Source of the DNA: Lama glama
Lineage: Eukaryota
Assembly: GCA_028534125.1 (NCBI GenBank)
Contig: CM052818.1
Location: 17,672,001-17,736,000, forward strand
Reading direction: 5' to 3'
Length of the DNA stretch: 64,000 nucleotides
The stretch's first letter is position 1; every line of letters starts with the position of its first letter. Below the pieces are notes generated by a model, which had not been told where the DNA came from, made no database searches, and saw only the letters and a list, made by a program, of their open reading frames with translations. The translations under genes were made by a program, and so were the position numbers. Shown here piece after piece: positions 36,088 through 49,939 of the stretch.

Positions 36088-39000
36088 TGAAAACTAAAAG
36101 TACCCTAAACAAGGGCAAGATTTTATGTTATTTATATTTGTGTCCCCAGTCCCTGAATTGCTCCATAAAACAGTTTGTAATTAGTATATTTCCAAAGAAG
36201 TTGATAAACTAAAACATTATAAATCAACGACTCTGTTAATCAGATAATCCTTTTTCTGACCGTCAGTGCCTACTCTGAAGCTTTATAACACATACTGCCT
36301 CTCTTTCCTATAGTAGTCAATATAGTCTGGCTATGGTAGATGGTATAGTCTAACATATTTTCTTCTTTAGAATACCAGGATTTGGAAATGGCACTCTTAT
36401 TGAACAACATGGTAACTAAAGAGTGATGAAGCTGGAAAAAGTGTTCAAAGAATAGACAGTCCAGTAATGGGAAATACATAGAATTTACACCTTTACACCC
36501 TCATTCAAGGCCCACAGCAGTGCTGATGGTTGTGCTTTTTTTTCTGAGCAGGTTGGCAATAGGAGGTACATCATATATACTATGCTATGTCTGATCTAAT
36601 TCAGTGTCCTTATTGAATTATGGAGGGTTAGTTGACAGGATTGACACAGGATCAAAAATAGAGCCAGACACTAAGAATAATGCTTTTATCTATATATTTT
36701 AAAATAAGCATCTACTATCATCTTATACGTAAAATTCTATTTAAATTTGATTTTGCCCCATTGTGTCTACATTTTAAGGATGCTCCTTTAAGAAACCAGG
36801 GGTGATCTTATGTAAACTAGGGGCAACAGTGGGTAAATTCATATAGAAGAAACAGATCCAGATGAAGTATTTCTTACTGGAATTAAGTGGCAGACCAGTG
36901 TAAGTTGCTAATTAACACCTAGCATTTAAGTAACAACTGAGTGCAAACTGAGAAAACAGAGACCATGAACAGATACTGAGGTGATCTAGAAAGAGGGAAG
37001 CAAGATAAACCAGCAAAAATAATCTGTTAATAGTACAAATTTAGTAATAAAGGGATTATTTTTACTTAGAGTAGAAGTGTAGACAACCAGCATCTCTCTA
37101 TTTAAGTAATTTCCATTATTTATTCCCAGCTTACACTGCTAGATCCAAAATTACACAACCACTCTTTACTTATGGTAGATGCTAACCAAGTTAAAGGCAT
37201 ATGAACTGGTAAGAACTAAAATTCCTAAGACAACTGATTCTGTAGATTTAGCATTCTCTTGAGACAATCCTACTAGGATATTCTTGTGGACTGCCTCTTC
37301 CTTCTTACCAAGAAATATGAGTTTACATTTAGAACCCATTTGATTTTTAGAAAACAAAAATTGCAGATCTAAATAACACATCTAAATTTTAATAGAAACA
37401 CAAATTAAGGTACCATCCTAGGCCAAAGAAATGATGCCAATCTTTTTAGGGATGAGCTTAACTAATACGCACAGCAAAATATTCAAGTGTAGTTCTTTAA
37501 ATGCTAATTCATAAGACTAGGCAATGTGGTAACCAATCATTACAGTTGTATTCAATATAATTTATTGTATAACTCCTAGCTCGTTTTATGGAAATAGATG
37601 AGCTCTTAATTAGTGAAAAGAAGTCAGACAGTTTTCTCAGGGGGGCTTTTAAGAAGCACGTTTTAGGAGATTTGGAGTAAGACTTTAGAGTCAGGTATGA
37701 CTACAAATCCAATAAAAAACTATAGGCTTTTTTGTTCTCATTTTCATTTTGTTTCCTCTCAGTAGTATGGGGAGACATCAAGCTGTTGCTCTTTGTTACA
37801 TTTAAATTTAGGATCCATTTCTTAAAAATGACGCGGGAGCTGTATATTCCCATATGTAATGTTCCCATAGATAATACCAAGATCATAACGAGTCGAAAGC
37901 TCACAGTTTGTGCAAATTGTTGTAAGTAGGGAGTCATTGAATCTAAAGAAAAATCGTTGCAGTTGAAAGTCCTTGTAATTTATTTGCATCCATTTATCTC
38001 TGTTAGGGTTCTGGTTCTTAGCCCTTGAGGAAAGGTAAGCAGGGAGGTTGTTGACTTTTAGAATAATTCCAGGAAACTATGCCAGCCCCAGATCCAAACA
38101 GGTCTGGGGTCTTGTACACAGTCTGGTAGTTTGTTCGTGAAAGCTTCTTGTTCAGAAAGTGACTCCTTCCTCTGAGTCTGGCCTGTCTGTCTTGAAGCTC
38201 GACCATGGCAGCCCCAAGTCAGGGAAAATCATTGCTAACAGAACATTGCCACAGAGTGTGTGGGCAGAGAGTGAGGAGCAAGGCACAAACTGAAGAATGC
38301 CGATAAGACTCACAGTGCACAAGTCGATTAAGCCTCGTTAAGTCTCTGCTTACCAGACACGTAGGTGGCTGGGTTAAATTTATGTTGCCTGGGAATAAAA
38401 TAAATAAAATTTACAAAGTTCGGAGCCAAAAGTTTCAGGGCTTATTTCTGACACTCCTGATTGTATTTGTGAATTCCATGAATACACCATTCTCCCTGTC
38501 TCCGGCAACACTGACTTTGGAGTTCAGCTAGCCCTGTGCCAATGAAACATTTCAAGATGGCTTTAAACTTGTGTTAAAAAATCAGCTGTGTCAGCTCTGT
38601 GACCTGGCACAGAAATTGCTTCAGTGCAGCAAGGGCCTGCTCGTGCGCCTTCCCACCGCTGCCCTGTGCAAGGAAATCCAAATCAAGCGTGAACACACTG
38701 CCTTTTTTTTTTTCCTTTTCAACCCCAATTAAGTTGTTTTCATGCTGTGGAGCAGTGCATAGGACAACTTACTTACATGGATCTTAAAAGGTGAGAGTCA
38801 CATTGTCATTGTCACATTTTAGGTCTCAGCGGTAAAAGGACTTTTAACATTTTTCTTTAATAAAAAGCTTGAAAGAAAGTTAAATGTAAAAGTCTGGCAA
38901 GGCAGCAGAGTCTTCACAAGCAGCCATATGAACATTAAGGTTTCCACAGCAACAGTATCTTGTCCAGAAAGCGTATTTCTTCCTAATTTATCTACCCGCA

Positions 39001-39861
39001 GATACTACTATTTATTTCGACCTGGAGACCCAAAGCAATCCTTCCTATGTGCACGATGAAATTACAATTTGCAATGTTCTGATTTATTAGTATTGTCTCT
39101 TGCAGCCTCTTTTAGAATATTGCTGTTTGCCTTTATTATCTATCCAGCAATATGGCATGGATTTTATTATAAAAACCTGCATGTTAAATAGATTTCAGTA
39201 AATATACCTTGATAGACAAGATGAGATAATACATAGAATGAGTTTTAAATATACTCCCTCATTACTTCAGCTGTTTTAAACTATTCAACTTCAACTTTGG
39301 AGCATTTGAGTGGAAAACAGTAGTTTCTCACCTTGGATTGTTGCCTTTCATTTTGCAGAGATTTTTTGAGGTGAGAACCAAAAGATTTCACTTCATCAGA
39401 AACTTATGAAAACATTTTTTTGCCAGCTTTGATGTGGTATCTTTTGCTGATGATTCTTGGCACTCTACACACAGTGTCAGTCCATGAACAGACACTGAGC
39501 ACCTGGCAGCCAGGTGCCTCCTTGGTGTTCCTGAATACTCAAAAAACCAAAAAGCTTTGACCTCAGTTAGTGAATATGAGAGATAAGCTCTCCATGGATA
39601 AGTATGACTAACAACAGAGAAGTAAAAAGTCATGACCGTAAACCACCATAGCTAACGTTGGTTGTGTCCCACGTGTCACACATTATCCTGTGAACCTGAT
39701 GTTCACTATATGATGATGATGATGATCCCCTTTTTAGAAAAGAGGAAATAAACTTTCAAGGTGACATAGAGTGGCAAAGATAGGATTTGAATGTCTCACG
39801 GTAAAACTACTCGTAGTTCTTTCCCAGTGAGACTCAGAGATGTTCAAAGGTGAGTGCTGTT

Positions 39862-40155
39862 CCAAATGAACGTATTTACCAAACAGAAGCAGACGCACAG
39901 ACTCAGAAAACAAACTGATGGTTGCCAGAGGGGAAGGGAGTGGGAAGGGGTAAACTGAGAGTTCGAAGTTTGCAGATACTAACTACTATATATAAAATAA
40001 ACAACAAATTTCTACTGTATCGCACAGGGAATTATATTCAATACCTTGTAATAGCCTATAATGGAAAAGAATATGAAAAAGAATATATGTATGTATGGAT
40101 AACTGATTTACTGTGGTGTATACCAGAAACTAACACAATCACTTAAAAAAAAAAA
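39862..40155 (+). mobile_element. 5'-truncated L1 3' end with poly(A) and TSD
   Basis: caaatgaacgtatttac...gcacagggaattatattcaatacc...accagaaactaacaca plus A11; TSD aaaggtgagtgctgt (39846-39860) / aaaagtgagtgctat (40152-40166). Confidence 0.88.
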
Positions 40156-42079
40156 GTGAGTGCTATCATTCTGAGCCAAAGACAGTAGAGAAGATTTTAC
40201 AGAGGGTTCCAAGCAGAGACTACGGGGGTGCCTTAGATATCCTCACCTAGAAAGAACAAGAAGAATTTTAACACCTGGGAAGAAAGAGGGAATTTTGAAT
40301 AAAGACGTAGAAGCAGAATGCAACAAATCCCACGGAGAAAGCCTTAATGCAAATGTAGACTGGGATCAGATGGGGAAGGGTCAAGGTTTCTAACCCAAGA
40401 CGTTTGGAACATGTGCTGTAGACCCCAAGATGTGGGCAACATTCTTAGTAGGTTTGAAGTGTTGGGAACATGGTTCTAAGAAGGCAGCAGAACACAGAGT
40501 TAGAACAGAGGTGCTGGAGGCAGGAGGATGTGAGGTATAGGGCAGGGTCGGGAACAGAGGGACAGATGTGAAAGCCTGTAATAGGGGCTGACAGTCACAC
40601 CCAAAGAGGTCATGTAGAAATAAGTAAACAAAGCACAGCCCCGCCAAAATGCTTCTACCTGATGTTTCATTTAATGATCTCAGTCTACAAGTAATTTAAC
40701 AAAACTAATAGAATCTCATTAACTGGGTTGAGTGAAGGAGAGTGGTAGATAGGAGGCTATTCTTAGAAATAGTGTAGATTAGAAAATGAAGCACAAAAAC
40801 TCATTGATTTCAACAATACAGATGAAATTAAATAAATCCATGCCTAACCAGGTCTTCCAGGCATTTGTTTTAGTGACTAGATAAGACAAGTTTTATAAAT
40901 AACGTGTTAATTATAAATAGCTACTTCTCTAATGCAGTAGTGCTTGAAAATGTCTCACTTTCAGTGACCCCTAAGTTTTAACAACTCACCTTCACTGGGA
41001 AGAAATGAATTCACAGTAAACTTTAGCCAAGCTCTACTTCACATTATACCATGCCATTCAGTAAATGGTAAGCTTTGTATTTTTAAAATGTATGACAGAA
41101 ACAAGGTATGAATTAACTCCAACTGCAGTGTCTGATGAAACCATTATTTTAAGAGAATTCAGAAACTTCTTCAAATTTCAAAGTGGTTCCTGTTTAAATC
41201 ATGGAGAGACTTACCTGGAGATCTCTAAGACTTGATTTCTGTTAAAGATAGTATGTATTTTAAATGAATGAAACAGGTTATTCTTAATGAGATGGGAACT
41301 GGATCCACCTTTTCAGAAGGTGAAAGGATTAGTACAGACAACACAAGCATATTGTTGGCATTTTCACAGAATCTGATAGAGTAGAAGACTTACTTTTGCA
41401 TCAGACCAACTGGCTGATGGGAAGGCTTGGTTATGTTGTGTCCGTGAACAGACGTAGCAGAATAGCCTGAAAGAAGTTTGGTAGATTAATTTGCTCAGAG
41501 AGATTAATATGTGAATGACCTTCAACTTCTTTTGTTGGAGGGGGAGTTGGTGGGATGAAACATTTCCTCAATGAAAAAATAAGTAAGTAAACAGCTATTA
41601 CCATTTAAAGAAGAAGAAAGCCAAGCTAAGGAATATTGTCAGATCCTAGAGAAATGGCCAGTGTAATTTGTTATTAATTGAAAAGAAGAAATTATATTTA
41701 AAGCATCTACTATTTGTCTTTAAAGACGAAAAACCCTTCTTGAGAGAAGCTTTGACATTCTTTCTGCCTCACCCAGAAGGCTACTTGGTTATATGATTAT
41801 CACATTATAGGGTTCTGCAGAGAGGCATTAAAAGCTAAAGGTGAGCTTGTCAACCCTGTAAGTCAGAATGAAAATGTGGTTTAATTCTCAGCTACACTAG
41901 TTAGACTGAGTGCCTTGGAGGGAAAGAGAGATTGCTTTGACAGGTTCAGAAATGTTGCTTCAATTCAGGGAGTTACATGCCTCAAAGAAAGCTGGATGCC
42001 TTATATGACAGCACACCTTATGAACTCAGGCAGGATTCTTGTTATGTCAGTTGAAGTGCTGATTCTTATTCTACTTCCT

Positions 42080-42570
42080 ATACCAGTAAGGAGTATGTTG
42101 TAAGTAACAGAAAACTCTAACTTATAGTGCTTGAAATAAATAAGGACTCTAGTTTTTCTCTTGTACCAAACTCAGGGATAAGCATTCCAGGACTGGTGCA
42201 GCTGCTCCTTATAGTTTTCTGCTCTGGCATCCTTAGTTTGTGAATTTCATCTTCATGATCACAAGATGGCTGCTGAGTCCTAGGCATCACATCTTTGCCC
42301 CTAGCAGGAAGGAGGAGAAGGGCAAAGTGGCAAAGGGAGGGCTGAGTCTCTCTGTTGTGAAAATCTTTGTGGGAAACTCAATACAGAAGATTTCTACTTG
42401 CATCTAATTAGTCAGAACTGGATCATATGGGAATTTTTAGCTTCATGAGAGATCAGAAAAGTGAGTTTTTTTTTTTTTATATTTAGATTTTTAAATTTTT
42501 AAAGGGATAGATTGTCACATTACAGAATCAGAGTCCAGCTGGTAAGGAAGAATAGAATGGATATTGGGTA
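42080..42570 (-). mobile_element. MLT1-type (MaLR) LTR relic
   Basis: gtaagtaacagaaaac ... atgatcacaagatggctgctg...aggcatcacatc ... gtcagaactggatcatatgg. Confidence 0.65.
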
Positions 42571-45500
42571 TCCAGAATATGTTCATAGATACTGCATCAT
42601 TCTAGTTTCTTATAATTTGCCTGAATTATTGCTCATTTCTCCTGCTTATCTTCTGGTAGTTAGTCTGACTTCAAAAAAAAAAAAAGATGAAAGAGACTTA
42701 CTGCTAACCTGCATGATAAAAAGAAACATAAGAATCATGGCTAAAACTTGTAAAGGCAGATTAGAATTTTCTGGTAAGAGATCTTTGGAAAAGATTTTGT
42801 GCAAAAGTAGTTTTCCGGGGGATATAAGGCTTCATAGAACTAAAATGTGGGCAGAAGCTTGAGTGAAACATGAAAAATGATTCAGTTCACAGGTAACAAA
42901 AACGCTGAATGACTCTGATATTTTTAGTCAAGAGCAAGAGGTGAGAGTCACTGACCTAAAAACAAGATTACCCAGAAAGCTAAAGAAGAATGATCAGAAG
43001 AGCTATAGAAATGAAGTGAAATGCTTGGGAAGAATACTTATTTTCTATAGAACCCTGCCCTGTGGAAGAATAATAAAAAAAGAATAGAAAAAAATCATTA
43101 AAGATTAAAACACAGAATATCAATACATGCAAAAAAAGAGGTCGTAAGTTTAAAGTGGAAAACATCTTTATATTCCTATAGGGATTTGTGAAATTACTTC
43201 CCACTGAAATGACACCAGGATGTGAAAACTGCCTTTACTTGTAACAGCAAGCAATCGTAGGCTTCTCTGAAAAGTGTACTGGTCCTTGCTTCCAACCTTT
43301 CGTGGGAAGCGCATAGTGTCAGACAGGAAATTTTGAATTTTTTTTTTAATCTTGATTTCAAAATTCTACAAGCATTACTCTAGTCTGGGTTTGAATCTTA
43401 CAGCCCTAATGAAGCCCTATTTCCTGGATGCTTTTCTATAGCTGGGAAATGTCCCATAAGATTATGTAGAGATATACTGAGGGCCCAGGTAAAGGCCAGT
43501 GACTCCTGGATATGTGCTTTATTGTTTCTTCCTCTTTATCTCTCTAGATACATAAATAATAAAAAAAAAAGAAGTAGGAAGGAGAAGGGTAAGAACAATT
43601 AATCTTTCCCAAGGCATTTATTTGGCTTCTTGAGTTTGATGACCGATAAAAAATTAGTTCTCTCCCCTTCACTCCCATCAGCGACCTTTATATCAAGAAT
43701 TTTACTGGGCTTCTAGGTAGATAAGTTGGTAAGGGTACTCCTCTTAGAACTGAGAGATGGAATTGACTCATAAAACTGCCCCACTGAAGATAATTACCTA
43801 TAATGGAAAATACAGTCCCAGGTCCCAAGACTATAGGACTCAGATACAAACTCTACATCTTGGTGAGGGTTTTATTTCTCCATCTCTCCATGAGGCATAT
43901 TCGCACATTTTTTTTGTCTTCTGGGTTCCTTGTCATGATAGATCTTATTTCTTATTTTGTATTAGTAATAACTTTTTCTCCCTGTATTATCACTGTCTTC
44001 ACAAATGCCTAATACTTTCACAAATACAAATACCTAAGTTTAAACTAACACCTTTCTATTATCCTATTAGACAATTACAGAGAAAAACATTATATATACA
44101 CATATGCATATGCATATTATGCATACTGATTAATAAAGTAATATGTTATAACATAAATTTTGTAAGTAAAAATATATACCTATAAAGAGATTTCCATTGC
44201 CCTCCTGATCTGAAAGAAAGGTGAAGTCATTTCCAAGTGATGACGGTAAAAATAAAGTGGTGTAGACATCTGATACTTAGGAATAATCCGCTTAGTTCTT
44301 ATTCTCCACATTTTCTTATCTACTAACTTTTTTTTCTTTAATCTTATTTTAAGGCAGGTTTTTCTTTTTTCTGATTTCACTTTTCAGAAAGGTTTTGAGG
44401 GTGACTGTTTATTGATTACCAGGTTTATCCTCTATGGTCTGGTACAATGGGGAGAGGGAGAAGGAAAAAAGGCTGCAATCCTGTAGGATTTTTTTTGTTT
44501 TGTTTTTGAGGACCTTACATAATAGACTCATCTCTTATTGGCCTCGAAAGGACTCGCAGCCACTTTCATATATTTCTCTTTTCTTCTCCTCTTCTCTGGA
44601 TGGTGCAGGAAGACAGCCTCAGCCTAGTTCGTCAAGAAAGTAAAGACATGGACTGACAGCAGAGGGGGGATGGGGGATAGAGGGTTCATGACCAAACCCT
44701 CCTCCACTGCATCTCTGAGCACTGCATTACACACAGGCCACCTCTGACCATCCTGCCATTAAAAAAAGAGAGAAAAGAAAAGAAAAAGAAAGAAAAAAAG
44801 ACTAATGGAAAGTGTATCCACCAGCCGTATAACTACCCAAACCACAGACCAATTTCAGGGACACATTTGTCTTTAAACACACTTTGTTGCCGCCAAACAC
44901 AAGCTAGTGCTAAATTAGCAGCCCTGGGGAGACTTGCCTATGATTGCACTGGCTGGCTGCTTGGAGACATAGCTGGTGTCCAGGGCTCTAAAACAGGAAA
45001 ATCTGCTTCCTCTTAGACACATTCTCTTTTCAGACCCTTGACTGAATCCTCTCACCAGAGAGGGGGAAAAATCAAACAGCATTATCTGCTCATTTGAATT
45101 TAAGAAACAAGATAGGTAATGTCTTTTCATTTTTATTCTTTTTATCAGGTAGACAAGTACTCTGAAAAGTAAGAGAAGCGGAGTCTGCAAAAGGCTCCAA
45201 CATACAATCTCTCCTAAATTACAGATGATTGGCCTCTTAGAAACCAGTGTGACTGAAATTGTACATGCAAGCCAGCCCACAGGATAACATAATATCTTTT
45301 TACTATCCTGTAAAACTACATATCAATTTCCTGTAAAATTAGTGACATTCACTAAAGGGTAAAGGGCCATATTTTGACATTGATAAGGCATCACAGTTTT
45401 AATAGCAAAGGAAGGTAGAAAAATTAATTCTTACCTATAAACAGGCATAAAAAAAGGGATACAGATTTGATTAGATCAAAAGTGCTAAGTAGTGAGCTCA

Positions 45501-45784
45501 CAGCAGGTGGGAAGAAGCATCTCCTGAAAAAATATTCCTCCCCAGAAGGAATTTTTTTCTAATAGTCCAGGAAATTCAGAGAGCCTATGTTAACTAGACA
45601 TTGTCTAGAATTTTCTTCCTGACTAGGGGAAATTTGTATTTTTACCTAGCCTTTTTTATAATTTGTTTCTCTTTATTCTTTATAGAACAATTATTGACTG
45701 ACTAATCAGTGTGACTAGTAGCTAGTAAAATATTCATAAGTACTTTGATTGTGTTGCCTTATTAGGATAGTTGGAGTTTAAATT

Positions 45785-48700
45785 TAAGATGGCTGGTGGA
45801 ATACTTGTTGGTCTTTCTTCCTCTTGGCAACTATGAAGTTTTACTTTACAGTAAAACTATAAAAAATTATCATCTAAAAACAATGGATTCAGTGACAGTA
45901 ATGACAGAACACAAATTTCAGTAGATGAGAGGTTTTAACACATATCTCAAGTATGGAAATTGGATGAATACTTGTGAAATGTTGAAACAGAGCAACAGAA
46001 TCTATATCTGAGATGATGCATGGAGGAAGTAGTTATCTTAGCAGATAAGAGAGCTAATCTCCCTCCATTCCTGTACCCCAGAGAGCCCTGGACTCAGAGA
46101 TAACATGTGTAACAGAGCCCCGGAGTGAAAAGTGGGACTGAAAAGAGAGGCATCAATTCAAGGTTAGTTAAGAAGACGATTTATCCTACCCTCCCTTCAA
46201 CCTCAACAACTTCCTATCTGTCCACTCCAAAAGGGAAGCAGTCAGGAAGGTTTTTACTCCCAGGGGGGAAAAATGAACAGCTCTTCTGAAAAGAAAGTGT
46301 AAAGAAGGAATGTCTGGGGACTTCTATGGCATCTATGTGAATGTCTGTGCTCAGTAATAAAGCCTTTCCATTTCAGCATTGAGTGAAGTAAGGGAAGGAC
46401 CATATAAAGGCTTTGCTCATATAGAAGTACACGGAACTCCAAATCAGTCTTAAATATGAACAGATAACCCAAGAACGTAAAATGTTTGAGGACAAACTGC
46501 AGAATGAAAGAAAAGATTGGAATAAGCAAAATAAAATGCTCAACTCGAAGAAACAGATTTATCAGATGACAAAAAGAAAGAAAACAAAATTCCCTTAAAT
46601 TGTTAGCTTCAGAGATATTTGAGAACATATGACATCCATAAGAAAACAATGGTTGGAATAAAAATTATAATCTTAAAAATAACAAAGAGCCTGAGACTAT
46701 GATTACTGGAATTCAGTTCTCAAAAAGGGATCAAAGATAATGATACAAATGCTAACATTTTAGAAATATTCCAGAGACCATAGAGGTGGGAAATAAAAGA
46801 ATAAAGGTAAGAGACATAGAGAATCATTCTTATTATCAAATATCTATCAAATCAGAACCCCACAAAGAGAAATCATAGAAACTGCCAAGAGGAAATTATC
46901 AAAGAAACAAAACAAGAACAGCTCCAAAAATTAAAGAAAGATGAAGTATTTAGGTGAAAGTACTCATTGAATAACAAGAAAGACCAATCTAAGAAACAGT
47001 GGGGACATTTTATAAATACCTGGGGAAAGAAATGATCCTAAAAGCTTCCAAAGAAGAGAAAAAAGCCTACAAAGAAACACAGTACTTGGTTGTGAACCAA
47101 GGAGAAAAAGTTAGACTGACATCTGACTTTTCATCCCAAAAATAAATGCTAGAAGATGAGTATTCATGGCCTTCAAATGTTCTGAGTAAAATCAACTTTG
47201 ATCAAGAATTCTGTATTTAGTCATCGCATTAATGGCACTTAGAAGAAAACAAAATAATTTCTAGTTGTGTAAGTACCTTTTATTTTTACATCCAATGAAA
47301 CTGAGGTTGCTTCTTAAAGATGAACCCCTACAAAGTAAGAGTGAAAAATGAAAAAAAATAGAAAGACATAGAATATAAAAAATGGTAAGAATAATCCAGG
47401 ATTTTTACAGGAAGTAGCAACTGTGCACAATACAAAAGGAAATCAGTGGTTGCAAAGAAGTGTATCTTCAAAATAAAGACTAGACAATAGGTTGAAAGAT
47501 ATAGATGGCTTATATTTCTTCTCACCAAACGAAATAAAGAAAGGCTATGAGTTATTTCAAGAAATATGAAACAAAATGTACAAGAAAATAATTGTCCCAA
47601 TATAAAGCAAATTCAAGCATGACATGATTTTAAGCACTTGACAGTGTGTAATAAAGGAGATTCTATTTAATATTTTTCTTTGACTATCAGTGAGGTTATA
47701 ACATTGAGCCCATAGAGAAAGAGTGATAATCATAGACCTCGACTTGGCTTTCCAATAAGCAATATTTACAAAGTCATAGCAATGTATACACTGTTTTTGG
47801 TCCTTTAACTTTTACAATCATTGTTTAGACAACACTGAGATGACTTCAGTGTTGTTGCAGAAGATAATATAAATATAACTGCCAGATGTCTAAATAAAGA
47901 TTAATTTTCTAGCATCAGAGGTGGAGGTTAGAGCATGAATTTTTACACTGACTCAGACACACTGAGTATGATAAGAACAAAAGCAAGCTTTAATGCCCCT
48001 CTCCTTTCTTTATCAGCCACAGTGAGGAAAAGGAGGATCCCAGACAAAAACAGATGTTAAGTTTTATAGTTTTTTACCACTCCAGGCAGAGTAACGCACA
48101 AGCTGAAGGCAGGGAAAGAGTGAGTTTTTTTCAGATGGCCTTATGTAATAAACAAGCTGGGTCCTTTTCACTCCAGAGGAATTCGATCAGCAATGCTGTC
48201 ATTACAGTAAGAGCTGGCCAAGTACTTGACCTGTTGCCTCAAGATGTCTCAACGAAAAAGTCCTTCACTGGACAGAATTAGCACCTAGGTTAATGAGGAC
48301 GACCAGTTGCATATATGCTAATCAGACATAAGTGGTGGTCAAAAAAGAGGGGTTGGGGTGACAGTGCAGTCTCCTGCAGCCAGAGTCTAATTGGCACTTC
48401 CAAAGCATGTCACTAACAGTCATCCCTGTGCTTACAGCTAGAGCACTGGCACCTGCATTTAGACTCTGCTACTTTCTAAGACTTCTGGGTCTCGGTGATC
48501 AGAGAAAGACATGTCAAGTTCCCTTTTCCCCCTTGTTGGGTCCAAATTCTGCAAAAGAGAATTGGGAATCCCAAGGAGCCCTCCCAAGGTTTCTTGATAA
48601 CATAAAGGTAAAGATACAGATCATAGAAGTTAGAATGCGTAAGTGGGGCAGACAGTTGAGATGGAGAGAGTGTAGCAGTCTTATAAAAATGGCAGTCAGG

Positions 48701-49085
48701 AAAAACCAGCAAAAATCCATGGAACAGGAACGGGGCTTTGTGTATCATTTTGAGTTACATAAATAATTAATAGACAAACTAAAAATTCTGATTTAAGTAT
48801 CAAATTTAGGAAGTGGGCGTATAGGTGGAGGTGATTTTAGTGCACATGCACTAAAACATCTGTTACAGCAGCAACTCAGTAGCTAATGTCGAAAATAATG
48901 AATCAGTTATACGTCTCATAAGCATACTAGAGATGGGTGGACATTCAACAGAAGTAGAAGTACCAGTGGACTTCAGGAGTGAGATTGGGGATGGGAATGG
49001 TGGACAGGGGTCTGTTGCTTTTCATTTTAAGCTCATTTGTGCTATTTTGTTTTTCATTATGCGGATAGATTACTTTAATAAAAAC
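45785..49085 (+). mobile_element. HAL1/old L1M-type relic (ORF1 remnant and 3' tail), interrupted by a probable LTR relic at ~47930-48760
   Basis: 5' aagatggctg; A-rich ORF1-like region with gactgacatctgacttttca...aaatgctagaaga...caagaattctgtatt; 3' tail ggacaggggtctgttgcttttcattttaagc...attactttaataaaa. Confidence 0.55.
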
Positions 49086-49939
49086 TAGCCATATATTTAG
49101 AAAAGTAAACAACTAATTGGACTAGTTGTTTAATTAAAATACCTAAAACAGCAGTATGTATTTAATTTATTTCCTGAGCGGACGCACAATCTGCCTCATT
49201 TTCTTCTTTTTCTCCGATCTTATTCCTAAGGCTGCCCCTTTTCAGCTCCCTGGCTCTGCTCACAATATACTCAGGAATTCTTTGTGCAAAGTGTGCAATA
49301 ATCACTAAAATGCCTATTGGATCAATCTTGCATTTAATATTCTATTTTTATGTACTTCACACTGCACAAGGTGATTGACAGAGTAGCTCAGTTATTACTG
49401 CTATTTTTGGATTAAAAAACCCAATATTCCAAGTCTAATTTATTTCAGGGGAGAGCCTGAACATTAAGTTATTGCTATCAATGGTAAGATTACAGTAAAA
49501 GAAAAGGAGTTTTTTTGAGGAGAAAGAATGGACACTTGTTCCCCAAAATGGGTCATTCAACAAAAACAGTTACTTTGTTATGAAGCCTCAAAAGACAAAG
49601 AAAGGCTATTTCAGAAAATAAAGAACAACCTTGAGATTTGCCAGTAAACTTCTTGTGTTCCTGGTTTGCCTCCAAAAAACTATCATTTCATCCTATTTTT
49701 TTTGCCTTTTGCTTTTTTTGTACATAGTGGATATGTCAAAGAATTTTTAATAATACCTGAACTGTTCATTGGGGGGCAGATTTCTGTACCATTTTTTCAT
49801 TTATTTAATATTTTTCCCCGTTAGGCTGCCACCCCCGGTCTTTGGTGAATTGAACTTTCTTTATTATATGTTAGGTCTTGGATCTTCTGGTTCTTCTGTA
49901 GCTTCTTCCAAGTCACCAAGCTTGTGCAAAGAGCCTAAT

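Noticed and set aside
43757..44185. 142-aa plus-strand ORF
   Set aside because: Low-complexity, AT-rich, F/I/L/Y-biased translation with no recognisable homology.
46254..47600. Hydrophobic minus-strand ORFs resembling membrane proteins
   Set aside because: They are the antisense of A-rich HAL1/L1 ORF1 relic sequence, which yields F/L-rich artefacts.
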